The translations under genes and the position numbers were made by a program. A model generated the notes under the pieces. It did no database searches. It had not been told where the DNA came from and worked only from the letters and a program-made list of their open reading frames with translations. Shown here piece by piece: positions 49,296-62,300 of a DNA stretch of 64,000 nucleotides (the first letter of the stretch is position 1; each line of letters opens with the position of its first letter). The DNA is from Oikopleura dioica (Eukaryota > Animalia > Chordata), in assembly GCA_907165135.1 (NCBI GenBank), contig OU015567.1, positions 2,356,001-2,420,000 on the forward strand, in the 5' to 3' direction.

Positions 49296-51397
49296 CTATT
49301 CGCAGGTGTCCCGCCAACTTGGCCAATCGAGGTCCATCATTTCAAGCATGTAGTCGTCTTATTTAGAGATTAATTTCGTTATCAACGATACTTTATCGAG
49401 CTGTATCGAATTGATCCCGTTCCGAAAGGCTTGAAAAATTCACATATCCTTGTTTTAATTTCTGGGTCTATTTCGATTCCAAGCGATCTTCCTTTTTCAT
49501 CCCTAAAAAGATTACTCATCATCAGTCCTAGCCGGTCGGTGTTCTTACGTTGGACAACAAGGAAGCCCATTTGAACCTTGGAGACAAAGAATTCCTCGAT
49601 TTTGATGGAAAATGAAGTTTTTGTAGCTTATTTCTTTGCTGAGACCAAAGAAATCTTGCAACCGCTCGATTTGGCCTGCAGGATCTACGTTCAGCATCGA
49701 TCCATCAATGGTGATTATCCGGTCTTTGCCGAGTTCACGCTGCCAGTATTTTAAAAAGACGCTGAATTTTGCTGATTTAGAATTTCTATAAAAGTCAACT
49801 TACGGCCAAAGACCGTCTGCGATCATAGATGAAGCGGGCGCCCCTCGGATATTATTTTCAAGGCCTCTTCTGAATGGCGGGATGACCTTTTCAAATTTGT
49901 CTACTAAGCCGTCAATCAAAAGGTGTAATTTTTCGGGATTCTTCCAATCAGGGTATAATCGCTCGAGGTATCTGTCAAACATGTTGATGTTTTCAAGAGC
50001 AGCGCGCATAAATGATGATGTAGTTGTTCCGAAGAAATTGGTAACGCGCGACTTTTTCTGATCATTTGTTTCGCCTTTCGTGGGCTCATCGACAGATTAC
50101 TTTTTATGATCTCGTGTTTTCAAAGCCCTTTCCTGGTCTGTAAAGGTGAAGATATCTGGACAGCAATCGCTTGACATTTCGACAGACAACGAGTGCCACC
50201 TTCATGTCTGGATTAATCTGTAACATTCTTTTAGGCGCCGCAGGGCTTCGATAATAAGTGGGACTCTTTTCCAAAACATATTGGTCCTCAAAAACGCCGG
50301 CTGATTTCGACTTGATCCAATCTAAACATAAATAATGAAGGAGAACCTTGAATGAAGTCGACCAAACCTGATCCTTTGGCCCATTCGCGTGAGAAAAAAT
50401 ACGTCTCGCCGATATACATAACGTCAGGATGATCTGAGAGGAACTTTCCCAGAGCTGAGGTGCCGCACTTGTCGGCTCCTTTTTTGGGTTCAACGATTAG
50501 CCGCAGAATTTCTTAAATCTAGCTTTTAAAAGACTTCCGCTTAAATATTTTAATCACTCAAAAATGATTTTCTCATGAGTACGATTTCAACTAAATTAAT
50601 GAACCAATGCCTATGATCACAAATTTGGGAATCTTTCCCTCTTTGACATGCTTTCTTTCCACTGTTGGGTCAATTTTCTTCATGCAAACTCGATCATCCC
50701 TTGATCCAGTGTAAATTTCATATTTATTATTCGGCGATGTTCGCCCTGATGGCTTTTGATTCAAGTCTTCTTGAATGTATTCGCTTGAAGCCTCACTTTT
50801 GTAGTCGTAATCGTTCTGTACATCTGGCTGAAAACCTCTTGGAAGCTGTTCTGGCAGTGGGTTGGATAGAGAGAGGCTTTGTTTGTTGATGTTTTGGTTT
50901 TCGAATGCTTTCTTGGTAAAGGTTGGAATCAAGTGCTATCTCAAACAACTGTATGAATTGAAAACATGCTTTGTATGAAAAATAAATATTTCATGATCAA
51001 ATTGACTGTCAAACTAAATTTGCAAAGAATAATTTTTCGAAATAGTTGTACAATTGTTCCATAAAAAAATTTTTACGGCTGAAAATATATTATTTAACAG
51101 TCGAATTTTCAACAAAAAATAAATAAGCTTGGAGATATTTTATCTGACAAGTCATTCATAATTTATGAATCATAAATAAATGGAATATGCATATCTTGCT
51201 TTTCAATAATAACAAAACAAAAAGGTTCTTTTCAAAGATTTCAACCTCCTTCCCTCATACGAGATGGTAGTACTATCTTCTCTGGCGAAGCGCGTCACAC
51301 TGGTGTATAATACGACAATCCAAAGTGCAACGACGACGGTCAACGTTCGCGTAAACCCTTCCTTCTTCGCCTTTTTCTTCTTCTCATTCTTGGGCAT
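49296..51397 (-). CDS. Heparan-sulfate 3-O-sulfotransferase-like Golgi sulfotransferase, multi-exon
   Basis: Type II TM anchor (51397 start); 5'-PSB loop FVIIGADKCGTSAL..HPD..GETYFF; EKSPTYY..PKRM..NPDMKVALVVC..RLLSRYLH. Confidence 0.82.
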
Positions 51398-52822
51398 CTC
51401 TAGCTTTTAAAACCGAGATCACTGGACCATGGAATTCGGATTTTCGTGCAGTGGAGTTCAAGACTTCGATGAGGATATCGCTTGTTGCCGGAGTGCATGA
51501 AACTGCCGCTGGGCGCGACGCTACTTTCGGTGCTCTGGAAGGGGATTTTTTTAAAAGAAGGGAATTTTTCACGCGGTTTTCTCTTCTAGCACAAGATAAG
51601 CCGCTTGCCTCCCTGTCCGCAGCAGTCTCTTTATTGCCTTTAATCAAAGCCGATTTATCAAAATTATAAGATTTTACTTAGAAGAAGAAAATAAAATCCA
51701 ATTCCTTATCTGTGAAATCATTAATGATCCGCAAAAATGGAGAAAGAATGATTTTGCCGTGTTAGTATAATTATGATAATTTGTTTCACACGGATCTTTA
51801 TTTGCCTTAATTGATCTTCTTCAACGCTTTACCCTAAATTTCCACATCAATTTTAACATCTTGAAGAATGATTCTTGAGCCTTAATGTCGTCACTCTGAA
51901 TCAAGACGACTGAGTATCTTTTAATAACCAATTTGCGGCAAAATAGGATGATTTTCTTCATAAAATTGGCTGTGATCGAATAAGTCTGAAAATGAAAACG
52001 TCTTCCTGCTTAGACATCCACGTCATCACAAAACTACGCTTCCCTAAGGAAGTTCCAGATGGTCATGAACTTAATCGGCTGACCTGGTTCACCGATTTTT
52101 CACCGGGAATGATTCCAGGTGAAAAGCGTTCGCTTGGTTGAATTAACAGGTCAGAAGATCAGAATATAAAAAAACGAATGAAAGCAATGATGACCAGTCC
52201 AACTGAAAATCGAGAGAGCTTTCAATTGGAATCGTAATAACCCTAATTTATTTTTGAAAAAAAGCTCAGCTTTTGTCTGCGTAAGCAGGACGTGAACGAG
52301 ATTAATCGAGGTAATAAAGAGATGAAGCGACCGACAAATTACTATTTATTATTTGTCCAATTTTATGTGAGAGCATAGTTCATTTTTTTCCATTACATGT
52401 TTTTCTCGAAGAAAATAGCAAGACAATTTTTTCCAGGAAACTCGTTGGAGACTTTTTGATCCGTCAATCATTTTTTGTTTAAATTATTGGCAATAATTTT
52501 ATTGGAAAAGCTTTAATTAGCGCTTGAAAATCTAAAAATCATCATCAATCAAGAGTATGATGTTTTAAATTAGTATGCTTTCGATGATTTATTCGTTGGT
52601 TGCCAAAACATCATTAATAATTAAGTAGAGAATAGAAAAAGTGTCATAATACCTAAGCTCTAATTACGGAAGAGGTGAGCTCATTTACGACAATGATAGC
52701 GCTCTTTAAAAAGTCTTGATCAAAAACTTTAGTAACGACGGCAGCATAAAAACCACGGCAGAGCGTCGGAATAGCTTCAGAACTGATCTTGTCCTGAAAA
52801 AGCTGGGTCGATCAGTAAAGAG

Positions 52823-55800
52823 ATGAAGATTCTAGCTTCGCTTGCAGTCATAAGAGGGATACAGGAAAAGTTCTGAAGAAAGAGACCAAAGATAGAACAC
52901 TTTTTTTCTTGAAGAGTATTGATATCTTAGTCAAGTCATTCTCCGAACTAGAAAAGGCTCAAGAATTAACGGAAGCAACTGCTCCTGAATGGACAGGAAT
53001 ACAAGTCAACGCTCCATCTGACGATGTCAATATCGGTAATCAAGCTTATCTTACTGATTACTACCTGAGACCATCTGATGTAAGTACCTTTTTCTAGTAT
53101 CATCTTTCCTTCTTCTTAAACTGATCCCTTTGTGTAGGCGGTTGCCCTCGCTGAAGCCGGATTCACAGCTGAGAATGCTCGAATTATGACCCCCGAAGAT
53201 GGATACACTGAACCAGAAGACAACGGATCGGCTCCTCGAGGATTAACAAACTCAAACAAATGGCGGCCTCTAGTTCAAGGCGGACCCGTGACAGTCCCAT
53301 ATTATGTTCACAGCACCGCAATTAACTTTCATAGTCTGATCCAGGTGAGTTTGTTAATCTTTAAATTTTTGATTCTACAGCTTGCTTTATCCAAGCTGTC
53401 AGCTTTTCTCCCTTCGAATAGTGAATTGATATTTTTAAGACCTCTCTGGCGTCCTTGGCCAATGACCTTGCATGTTTTTCGATGCCTGAAGTCACTGACG
53501 GGGAAATCGGCTCAACATCTTACGAAAATGGAATCGTTTTCGTCGGTCACAATGACGGTTGCTACTCTGCTCTTGGTCTTGCCCCAGGTGCGCATTTTGG
53601 AACACTGGGAGTCAGTAGCATCGCCTCTTTCGGCGTTCCGTCGACTTGGCAAGTCATTGCGTTGGACCCTGGTTGTACTCCAGATAATCCGTCGACCGTC
53701 CAGCACGAAATGCTTCACGCACTGGGAGTTCTCCACGAGCACCAGCGGCCTGACAGAGATACGTATATCATCTTCGATCCTTCCGCAACCAACATGCCGA
53801 GTCAGTTTGATCTTATCTCGTCCAATCAGTGGTTTGACATGGGAAGTCCCTTGGAAATCGAGTCCGTTATGACTTATTGCTCTTTCTGCGGCGCAAATGG
53901 CAACTCTCCAGTTATGACCATCAGAGCGACTGGAGAAACTTTCAATGATCAGTACAGAGTGACAACAACTGATGCGAAGCAGTTGCAACATGCATATTGC
54001 GAACTGGACCCAGAAAACTTTCCCGGCTTCACTTACAAGGAAGCAATCAGTTGTACTTCGAATGACAAGCTCGGTTTCACCCGGGAAATTTTCACCGATC
54101 GCCTGTGTGATAATGTTCCTGACTGCGGTGGCGGAGAGGATGAAACTGGGGAACTGAATAAGTGCAATCCAAAAACGCCAAATACAAGCAATGGTTGCTG
54201 CGGCTCCATCAATTTCCCTGCACGAGGAGAGTGTGTTTCAAATGGTGAGGTTTACAACGGCAAAGATGTCTGGGAGTGCGCCAACAATGGTGTGATCGCT
54301 TATTTCAACGGAGCATGGTACGTCTTTACTGCTGATTCGTGGCCTCTTGCAGGGGGATACTCATACTGGGATTACGCAGTAAACGACAATGTATGTCCTC
54401 CCATCAACGAAGGGTGGAACAGTGGCACTATTGCTACGTGCGTTTGGGCAGGTGCGGATACCTCAGACGAATGCGACCCGGACCCTTGCGATCCAAATGC
54501 GACCTGTACAGATTTGCACGAAGACTATAGATGTGAATGTAATGAGTTTTACACGGGAGATGGTGAGACTTGCACACTTATCCCTGAGGTCGATGAATGC
54601 TCTGATGGAACTCACGAGTGTGATCCCAACGCGGTTTGTACGGATGAAAGAATCGACTTCACTTGTGAATGCGCTGATGGGTTTAAAGATAGTCACCAGG
54701 TTTTTTTGACTATATGAACATATATAAATGATGATCTGGTATTTCTCTGGCTTAGATCTTTCGACTTACCATTTATTAAAGGGCGACGCTCCAGGAAAAT
54801 CATGTGTTCCAGACGATACTTGTTGCGAAGTCATCGAAAGTAAGCTCGAACAAAAATATCTTTGAAAATATAATTTCAGTCACTATCTGGTCTGGCCCCC
54901 TCGAATGCACACAAAGCGAGACTCAGACACAATATGACCGTCCAATATGGGAATGCGAGGGAAACCAATTCTTCCTCAAATATCATCCATCCTTAAACCC
55001 TCCATTTGCTCTCTTCGATAGTGGAGGAAGTTATTATCCCAATTATATGTTTCCAGCGACTCAAGATGGATATTGTATCGACACAGAAGATCCCGTTAGC
55101 ACAAGGACAGTTTCTTTATTAAAAGAGTTCAGAACTTATTTATTTATTATTATTTATACTTATTTAGATGAACTTTACAGTAGTTTTAACAAAAAAAGCA
55201 ATTTTGGAACTTTATGAAAGTGTAACCTGTAAATTATTTCCAACACCAGAACCTTCATCAACTGAGGCTCCGACTGAGGCACCAACTGAAGCACCGACTG
55301 AAGCCCCAACTGAGGCACCAACTGAGGCTCCGACTGAAGCCCCAACTGAGGCACCAACTGAAGCACCGACTGAAGCCCCAACTGAGGCACCAACAGAGGC
55401 TCCGACTGAAGCTCCTACTGAAGCTCCGACTGAGGCACCAACTGAAGCTCCGACTGAGGCTCCGACTGAGGCTCCAACTGAAGCACCGACTGAGGCACCA
55501 ACTGAAGCCCCAACTGAGGCACCGACTGAGGCTCCAACTGAAGCTCCAACTGAGGCTCCAACTGAAGCACCGACTGAAGCCCCAACTGAAGCCCCAACTG
55601 AGGCACCAACTGAGGCTCCGACTGAAGCTCCTACTGAAGCTCCGACTGAGGCCCCAACTGAGGCACCAACGGATGCTCCAACAGATGCACCCTCAACCGA
55701 GGCTCCTACAACCAAATTTCAGACAACAGCATTTTCCACCGCCGCACCAACACGACCACCTCCAGTCTGTCTCGAAAATACGAATTTTGGTGACGTTTTC

Positions 55801-57603
55801 GTCTGGGAAATCGAAAATGGAATGGACAAACCCACACCTGAGTCAAATTTCGAGCTTGATATCAACAACTTTGCCGGTGATACTGAGGATTGCCAACGAG
55901 ATTGCGCAAACTACGCTGGCTGTTACAAGGGACGGACTCTTAAAAATAATCTTTAGTTCTATTAATTACGCGTCTTCAGAAATTTGAGAAGAGATTAATG
56001 AGTCCCATAAAAGCTTCATCACGATGTCGCCAACAACATTTGCGAGCTTCGCGGTGATGAAATTACTTTCTCAGGCGCTAATGATTTTGCGGTTACTGGT
56101 AAATCATGCGATCCCGGATATGCGTGGACAGATTACGCGGTCTCACTAGAGTTTTATTGTCTGTTCGGGACCTCCCAAACTCCGGATGATTTCCTGGCAA
56201 CACTCAATAGCAATAATCCCCCTGGTTGGACGACTTTTACAACTGTTGGATACGCGGACTCGTACAAATTTGCATTCGAAATAGCTACAGATACAACTGG
56301 ACTTCAGCCAGCAGGAGCTTATGAGATTTGGATTGCGTTTGTCGGAGAGCTTCATTTGCGATTCGAGAATTTTGACGATTCTTCTTCTCGAAAACGGCGG
56401 TTTGCTGTCCCCGAAATCGACATCGACGCATTCGTCCAAGACGTCGCCGCAAACGCTACTGCTGACTTTCAATCATCCATCGACGCCGGAGACGCTACTG
56501 TCGCTGTCACAACAGAAACCACTGTGGAAGTCGAAGTAGTTGCTCCAGTTGAAGATCCATTAGATCCAACTCAGCCACCAGCGACAACTACGACGCCTGG
56601 ACCGACTACTGCCGTTGATGATTGCGTTTTGGACCAGTTCACGGACACGATTGTCGTCTGCGACGGGGGAATTCTCGAAGTAGCTGTCCCTGTTTGCGCG
56701 ATTGTCAAGGGCGGTTTCGACCCAGCAGCTGTGTTCATGGGCGAGGACACCTGTACCGGAACCATTGTCGGTGGCGCACTCGTCTTCCTCGCAGATAACG
56801 ACGGCTGTAATGTCATGCCTACTGTCAATGATACTCACATTGTCTTCGAATCGACAATCATGACTTCCGGTGGCGGCTTTTCGAATTCCGTCATTTCTCG
56901 ACGATTTGGACTCGAAATGGACTTTTCTTGCTCCATCGAGCGAGAAGTGGTAGTTTCTATAGAAAATGGAATTGAAGTCAACGTCAATCATTTCATCGTC
57001 GATCTTGGTGAGAAGCTGGGAACGTTTGAAACATCAATGGGCGTTTTTACCGACGACACGTTTACAACTCCGATCTCGTATGTACAAATAAGTAGCTTTG
57101 AAATTAGTTTTCAGATATTTCTCAAAAACTTATTCTTATCTAGAATGAACCATACATTCAACGTTCCAGATATGGTCTACATCGGCATCTCTCTCGACAA
57201 CTCCGACTCTCTGGCAGTCTCTCTTGACACTTGCACGGCTTATGTCGAGTCTGACACTTCAAGATCAGCAGGATACGATCTCATCGCTTCTGGTTGCGCT
57301 GTCGATCCAACAACGAACATATTGGCTGTCAATACTGGCCCTTTTGGTAAGAGAATACAACTGCCTCCGAGTTGAAGGCTTAAACTTATTTTTAATTTCA
57401 TTTCAGCCGATTTCGAATTTGAAAGCTTTCAATTCGTTGACAGCAGCGATCCGATCATTATTGAGTGCGACATCGTCATTTGCGATCCTGACCAGAGCGA
57501 TTGCATAACCTGCGCTAGCAGAAAAAGACGAAATGCAATGCCGAATCTCAATTCTTTCACAGCAAGCGTTACCATCAACACGCAAAATAAAAGCAACCCC
57601 TAA
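52823..57603 (+). CDS. Secreted modular astacin metalloprotease: astacin, LDLa, EGF x2, TEAP mucin repeat, PAN-like, ZP domain
   Basis: HEMLHALGVLHEHQRPDRD zinc motif, Met-turn SVMTY, LCDNVPDCGGGEDE, DECDPDPCDPNATC and DECSDGTHECDPNAVC, 34x TEAP, ZP-like Cys pattern to IIECDIVIC, RKRR sites; exons join in frame throughout. Confidence 0.85.
55261..55692 (+). repeat. Coding 12-bp tandem repeat (TEAP)34(TDAP)2
   Basis: ACT GAR GCN CCN units with variation only at synonymous positions. Confidence 0.95.
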
Positions 57604-57942
57604 GCACGCAAAATTATTATAAACTACAATAAATACGTGAGAGTTCAAATCATTCTTTATCTTCTTTTTTAATAAAGATTTTCGCAAGAATATTTTCTTT
57701 ATGTTCATAGAATAGAATCAATTATCGTGATTTCAAGTCAGAGAAAGTAAGAACAATATATTTTGAACTTTGGTTCTATACCCAAACTTATCAGTTTCAA
57801 GTGGACCATCAAAAAATAAGATCGGCTCCAATACTCTCCGATGAAAAATCACATAAATTATTGAGAGATCGCAGTTAGTTTTTTTAAATATTGAATGAAA
57901 GATTCGATATAAATTAAACTTACACGTCCTGATTCAAAGAAG

Positions 57943-58329
57943 ATGTTTCTCATTCTTTTTCTCTTCTTTTCACGGTCTTTTTCGGATAGAGTTTTCTACC
58001 ACAAACCTCTCAAACAATTCTACAACCTCTTGCAGTCGGCGAAAAACAGTACCCTCGAAAACCATGCACCTGTAGCTATTCCAAAGTATCTACAGGCTCT
58101 TGATCTTTACAGTCAACTCTTTCCAGGAAAATTTCGAATGGTAACTTCCTCCACTTGTTTTGATTCTTTCTCCTTTTAGTTCCTCATCAACAGGAGGGTA
58201 AAGCTTGCCGCTACGAAAAGGTCACTTTGTCGAAACTTTCTGCTTTATGGGTTTTATGATTTTTATGAACATTACTGCTACCAACCTGAATTGGGACTCG
58301 TAGAAAACCCTGACACCCCCAATAAATAA
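57943..58329 (+). CDS. Small secreted prepro-peptide-like protein (115 aa), two exons
   Basis: Signal peptide; GT-AG intron 58141-58179; KR followed by SLCRNFLLYGFYDFYEHYCYQPELG; stop overlaps AATAAA. Confidence 0.6.
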
Positions 58330-58489
58330 TAAGAAATTCAAAATTGCTTGAAAGTTTTTTCTATTTTATTGTTACAGAAAATCTGGAGATTGCACTAGTA
58401 AAGTAAGTCGTTTTCTAAGAGTTTAAAGTAAATCAAAGTTGGAAGATGAATCGGAAGATAGTATTAATACAGTCACAAAGCTGTAGCTC

Positions 58490-58747
58490 TTACTGCTGGC
58501 CAGCAAAAGCCTGAACCTTCATAATGATTTCGAAAATTGCCGAGCCGCAGACAACGAAGATGAAGAGAGCGAGGAGGTAGGGTCCGACGGGAGCTTTGTT
58601 TTCGTTCGTCTCTTTCTGGGCAGAAGAAATGGTTATGGGAAGGAAAGATGTTGAAAGGCTTACCAAGCTAGTGGGGACGTTTCCGCGCTTGAGAACCTTC
58701 TTTTCGTTGATTTGATTTGCAACTCGCATTCGTGCTCCTCCAGCCAT
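58490..58747 (-). CDS. SERP1: Stress-associated ER protein SERP1/RAMP4
   Basis: RMRVANQ..KRGNVP and KAPVGPYLLALFIFVVCGSAIFEII; one short intron (about 58620-58661). Confidence 0.93.
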   Translation of the reverse strand: MAGGARMRVANQINEKKVLKRGNVPTSLVSLSTSFLPITISSAQKETNENKAPVGPYLLALFIFVVCGSAIFEIIMKVQAFAGQQ

Positions 58748-58752
58748 TTTGT

Positions 58753-58760
58753 CTGAAAAT
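58753..58760 (-). promoter_or_regulatory. Splice acceptor 5 nt upstream of the SERP1 ATG (candidate SL trans-splice site)
   Basis: ATTTTCAG|ACAAAATG. Confidence 0.45.
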
Positions 58761-59381
58761 TTTGATGGGTTCGGAAAAAAAAGTCCTCTATGATATCAAT
58801 AAAAAGTTTCTTCAAATAGAGGTTTTCACTATTATAGACACTGGTAATCTTTAATTTTAGAAAGGAACTAGGCAGAAAATCGGGCTGTAAATAGCAAAAT
58901 TTGAAGTTATAGCAAGCTGATTTACCTTTGTTGATAGATTTCTCTTGAAAAATTCGAAAAACTTTGTTTGTGAAAGTTGGCAAATTTGAATGATCTCAAA
59001 CAGCGGACCACCGCGCTTCGTGGCTAACCGTCAAGTGCGCCATCTCATTGGCCAGTTGGCGCTTTTGCGGAGGCAAGGTGCGACCGACATGTTCCAGGTC
59101 ACTGTTTTTTTATGGCATCCGATTGGAATCAACCGCCAATCTGAAAATAACGGAGCGTGAAATCGGGGTCAATAGCATTTTCTTTACAAAGCATTAAATG
59201 GGGGGAATCAGGCTAACTGTTGCAGTTTTGTTGAATCCTTCAAGGAATGTATTACTGTAGTTATTCTCCTTCTCATCAAAAATAAGCTTGAAATATTCTT
59301 CCTCGGAGTTGGAAAAAAGAATAATATCGCCGTTTGATTCTATTTTTGGCTCATTTCTTTCTCATCAAATAGCTTTCCTAC

Positions 59382-62300
59382 TTATGATGAGCCCGTTTCT
59401 ACACCAGTAAGATCTTTCATTACTGGTCGATTTAAATTACTTTTGTAAGGTTTGTATTCATAGCTGAAATCAGTTTCCATTTTTGAGACTTGAAGAAAGC
59501 GGCCGTGGCTGTATCTGTAGAGAATAATGAAATAATTTGCTCGAGTCCAAATTGCATAGTGATCATTGAGAGATTCACATTTTTTTCTCGGGAATTTACA
59601 TCCTCTTTCGAATTCTCGATGTCGGAAAATTGCAACAAAAAGAATACCCTTACGATCTTTTTTTGGCATAATTTTTGCTATAAAATGTAGAAGATAAAAC
59701 TATGTAGTACATTAACTGATGTAATTTCTGAATTTGCCATTCCTGGAATTGGATAGAAATCATTCAAATGAGTATCATAAGCAAAATGCTCAAGAAATAA
59801 TGATTCTCCATAAGCGTAATCCTTAAGCTCCGCAAATGTCTTGTTTCTAAATTCGTACTCCCATTGGGGGTCTTCGAATGTCCAAGAGCTCCAGTCTATA
59901 TCTGGCGACTCCATTGTGGTGAACTCTATGTTTCTTGAGACGAGATTCAGGTTCAAAATAGTAAGCTTTTTCTCCATGATAAACATACGTCTTCTCATAC
60001 CGTGTCCGATTGTCGTATATTGTTCCCGACGAGCTTTGCCCTTTGCTTCGAAAATACTTTTTTGTCCCCGTTGTTTTAAGTCCATGAAATAGCATGTTGA
60101 CGGATATTTCATCGTTCCACTTCGAAAACAAATATTTTAGGGGACCCCGTATTAGTACTAACTGTATTACCCAAACACGTTATTGATGAGTACAACATGT
60201 ATTCACCAAAACTGTTTGGCTAACGCAGTTTTGATTGATCAAGAATGTAAGAAATTGGGCGCTCCGCGCCCGTTATATATAGAGAATAGAAGAAAATATG
60301 ATTTTATGGGAACATTGATCAACCAAAACTTTATTAGCCAAACAGTTTTGGTTAATACATGTTGTACTCATCAATAACGTGTTTGGCTAATACAGTTTGT
60401 ACTTATGCGTCGGCCCCTATTATATTAAAAAAATTAAAAAAAATAAAAAAATAAATTTTTTTCAGAGTAGACAGTAATGTCTACTGGGTAACCCTCATTC
60501 TCCCAGAACCGTCATCTGCCCAGACCCTCATTCTCCCAGGACCTTCATCTGCCCAGCCTGGGAAAATGAAGGTTCTGGGCAGATGAAGGTCTGGGAGAAT
60601 AAAGCTTTCAATTCCGTGGGCGAATTACGCTGAGCGTTGAATGGCTGAGACAGGCCGCGTAGATTTTCGAGTCAAAAATATTTTTCAAGGTCAGAAACAA
60701 CCGTTTTTACTTCGGATTCTGACTTCGTCAAAATTTCATAAAATGCTACAAATTGGAAGTTTTTGGCTGTAAATCTACGACAACAAATATGGGGAAAATT
60801 TATGGGCACTGGTCTTGGTTCTTATTCAAGTGTTTGTTCGTGTTTCGGTCAGTGTCCGATAATTTGAGCTCAAGCTAAACCTCAAGGAAACAAAGCTTGA
60901 GAACTCAAGTTTATAATTTGAGTTTTGAGAACTCAAAAATCTCGAAACCCTTATTTTTTTCGGCAATTAATTTTCTATACTAATAAATTGAAACCTTAGG
61001 AATCGATCGCCTGAGCAAGTCCAGCAGAACTCCTTCGGAAAACTGCGCCTCGCAGTCTTGAGTCTAGTAGACCTGCTCGACAACTCATAATTCTCGTGAA
61101 TTCATATTGAAAAGAACATATGAATTATCATTTTATTCAGCTTTATTTTTAATTAACATGATTAAAATTTTTTTCAGAATATTTTTGCAGAAAAAATGAA
61201 AAATCTAAAAAATGAGCTTCATTCTCCCAGAACCTTCATCTGCCCAGAAGCTTCATTCTCCCAGGCTGGGCAGATGAAGGTCCTGGGAGAATGAGGGTCT
61301 GGGCAGATGAAGGTTCTGGGAGAATGAGGGTTACCCAGACATTACGTACCAAAACCAAAATTTATCGTCATAGACACCAGCGACACTTAGACTCATATGT
61401 GAATACCAGTTAAAAACCCCGGAAAAGCCATTACGTCGAAGAAACAATTTATGGTCCGTGTCTTTGCAGAGCGATCACTCTGAGAAATTCAACTGAGTCG
61501 GACTGAACTATAACTTATATTATATAAAGGGAATATTTCTCATATTTTCTTAGATTTTTTTAAATCGCCGTTCCGAATTCTTGAAATTCCGTGCTACCTG
61601 AACGAAGTACAAATGTTCTTAGATGACCATCGATTAAATAGTTTTCTCCGTTATAGAATAGCGGTTTCATTTGTAAATCGAAATTATCAGCTTAAAAATA
61701 ATGAAGATAATACAAAGAGAAGAAGAATTTACTCGAAATAATAAGATTATTAGTATTCTTTGGCAAATGAATCAAATCTGTTACTACCGCATGGTAACCC
61801 ATCGCAACAAGTATAACTCTTCTGTAAACTTTTAATTTCTGCTTCGACTTCATATCAAAAGAAACAAGTCGAGATAGATGACGATATTTTGGTACTACTG
61901 GGGTAAACTGATCGGCTTCTCTTTCTGGTTCCTTGGTCAGTGGAGCATTCTTTTTGAGTTCAAACAGTGGATCTGTTTCATTGTAATACCATCCAAAGGT
62001 CATCTCTCGTGTTTCTACACTTTCACATTCGAAAAACGGACAAGGACAACCATGAGGGCAGGTCTTTTCAAACGGGCAAACTCCATCAATTTCTCCACCA
62101 TCACTTAACAAAGCTCTGCACAAAGTTTGACATTTCAAAACATCTTCTTCGTGAATTTTCGGACATAGATCAGCACAAATTTTCGAATCTAAAAAAATCA
62201 ACTTGTGAACAAATTGAATCTTTACCATAAAAAGCAAGCCTTTTGCAACGCTTCAAATTTATTTTCTGTTCTTCCTCGGTATATGTCCTATTATCAATAA

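Noticed and set aside
55175-55715. Minus-strand ORFs (GASV)n and (VPQLGLQ)n
   Set aside because: Antisense shadows of the TEAP coding repeat
59017-59051. CCAAT...CCACG upstream of SERP1 resembling an ER stress response element
   Set aside because: Spacer is 23 nt rather than the canonical 9 nt
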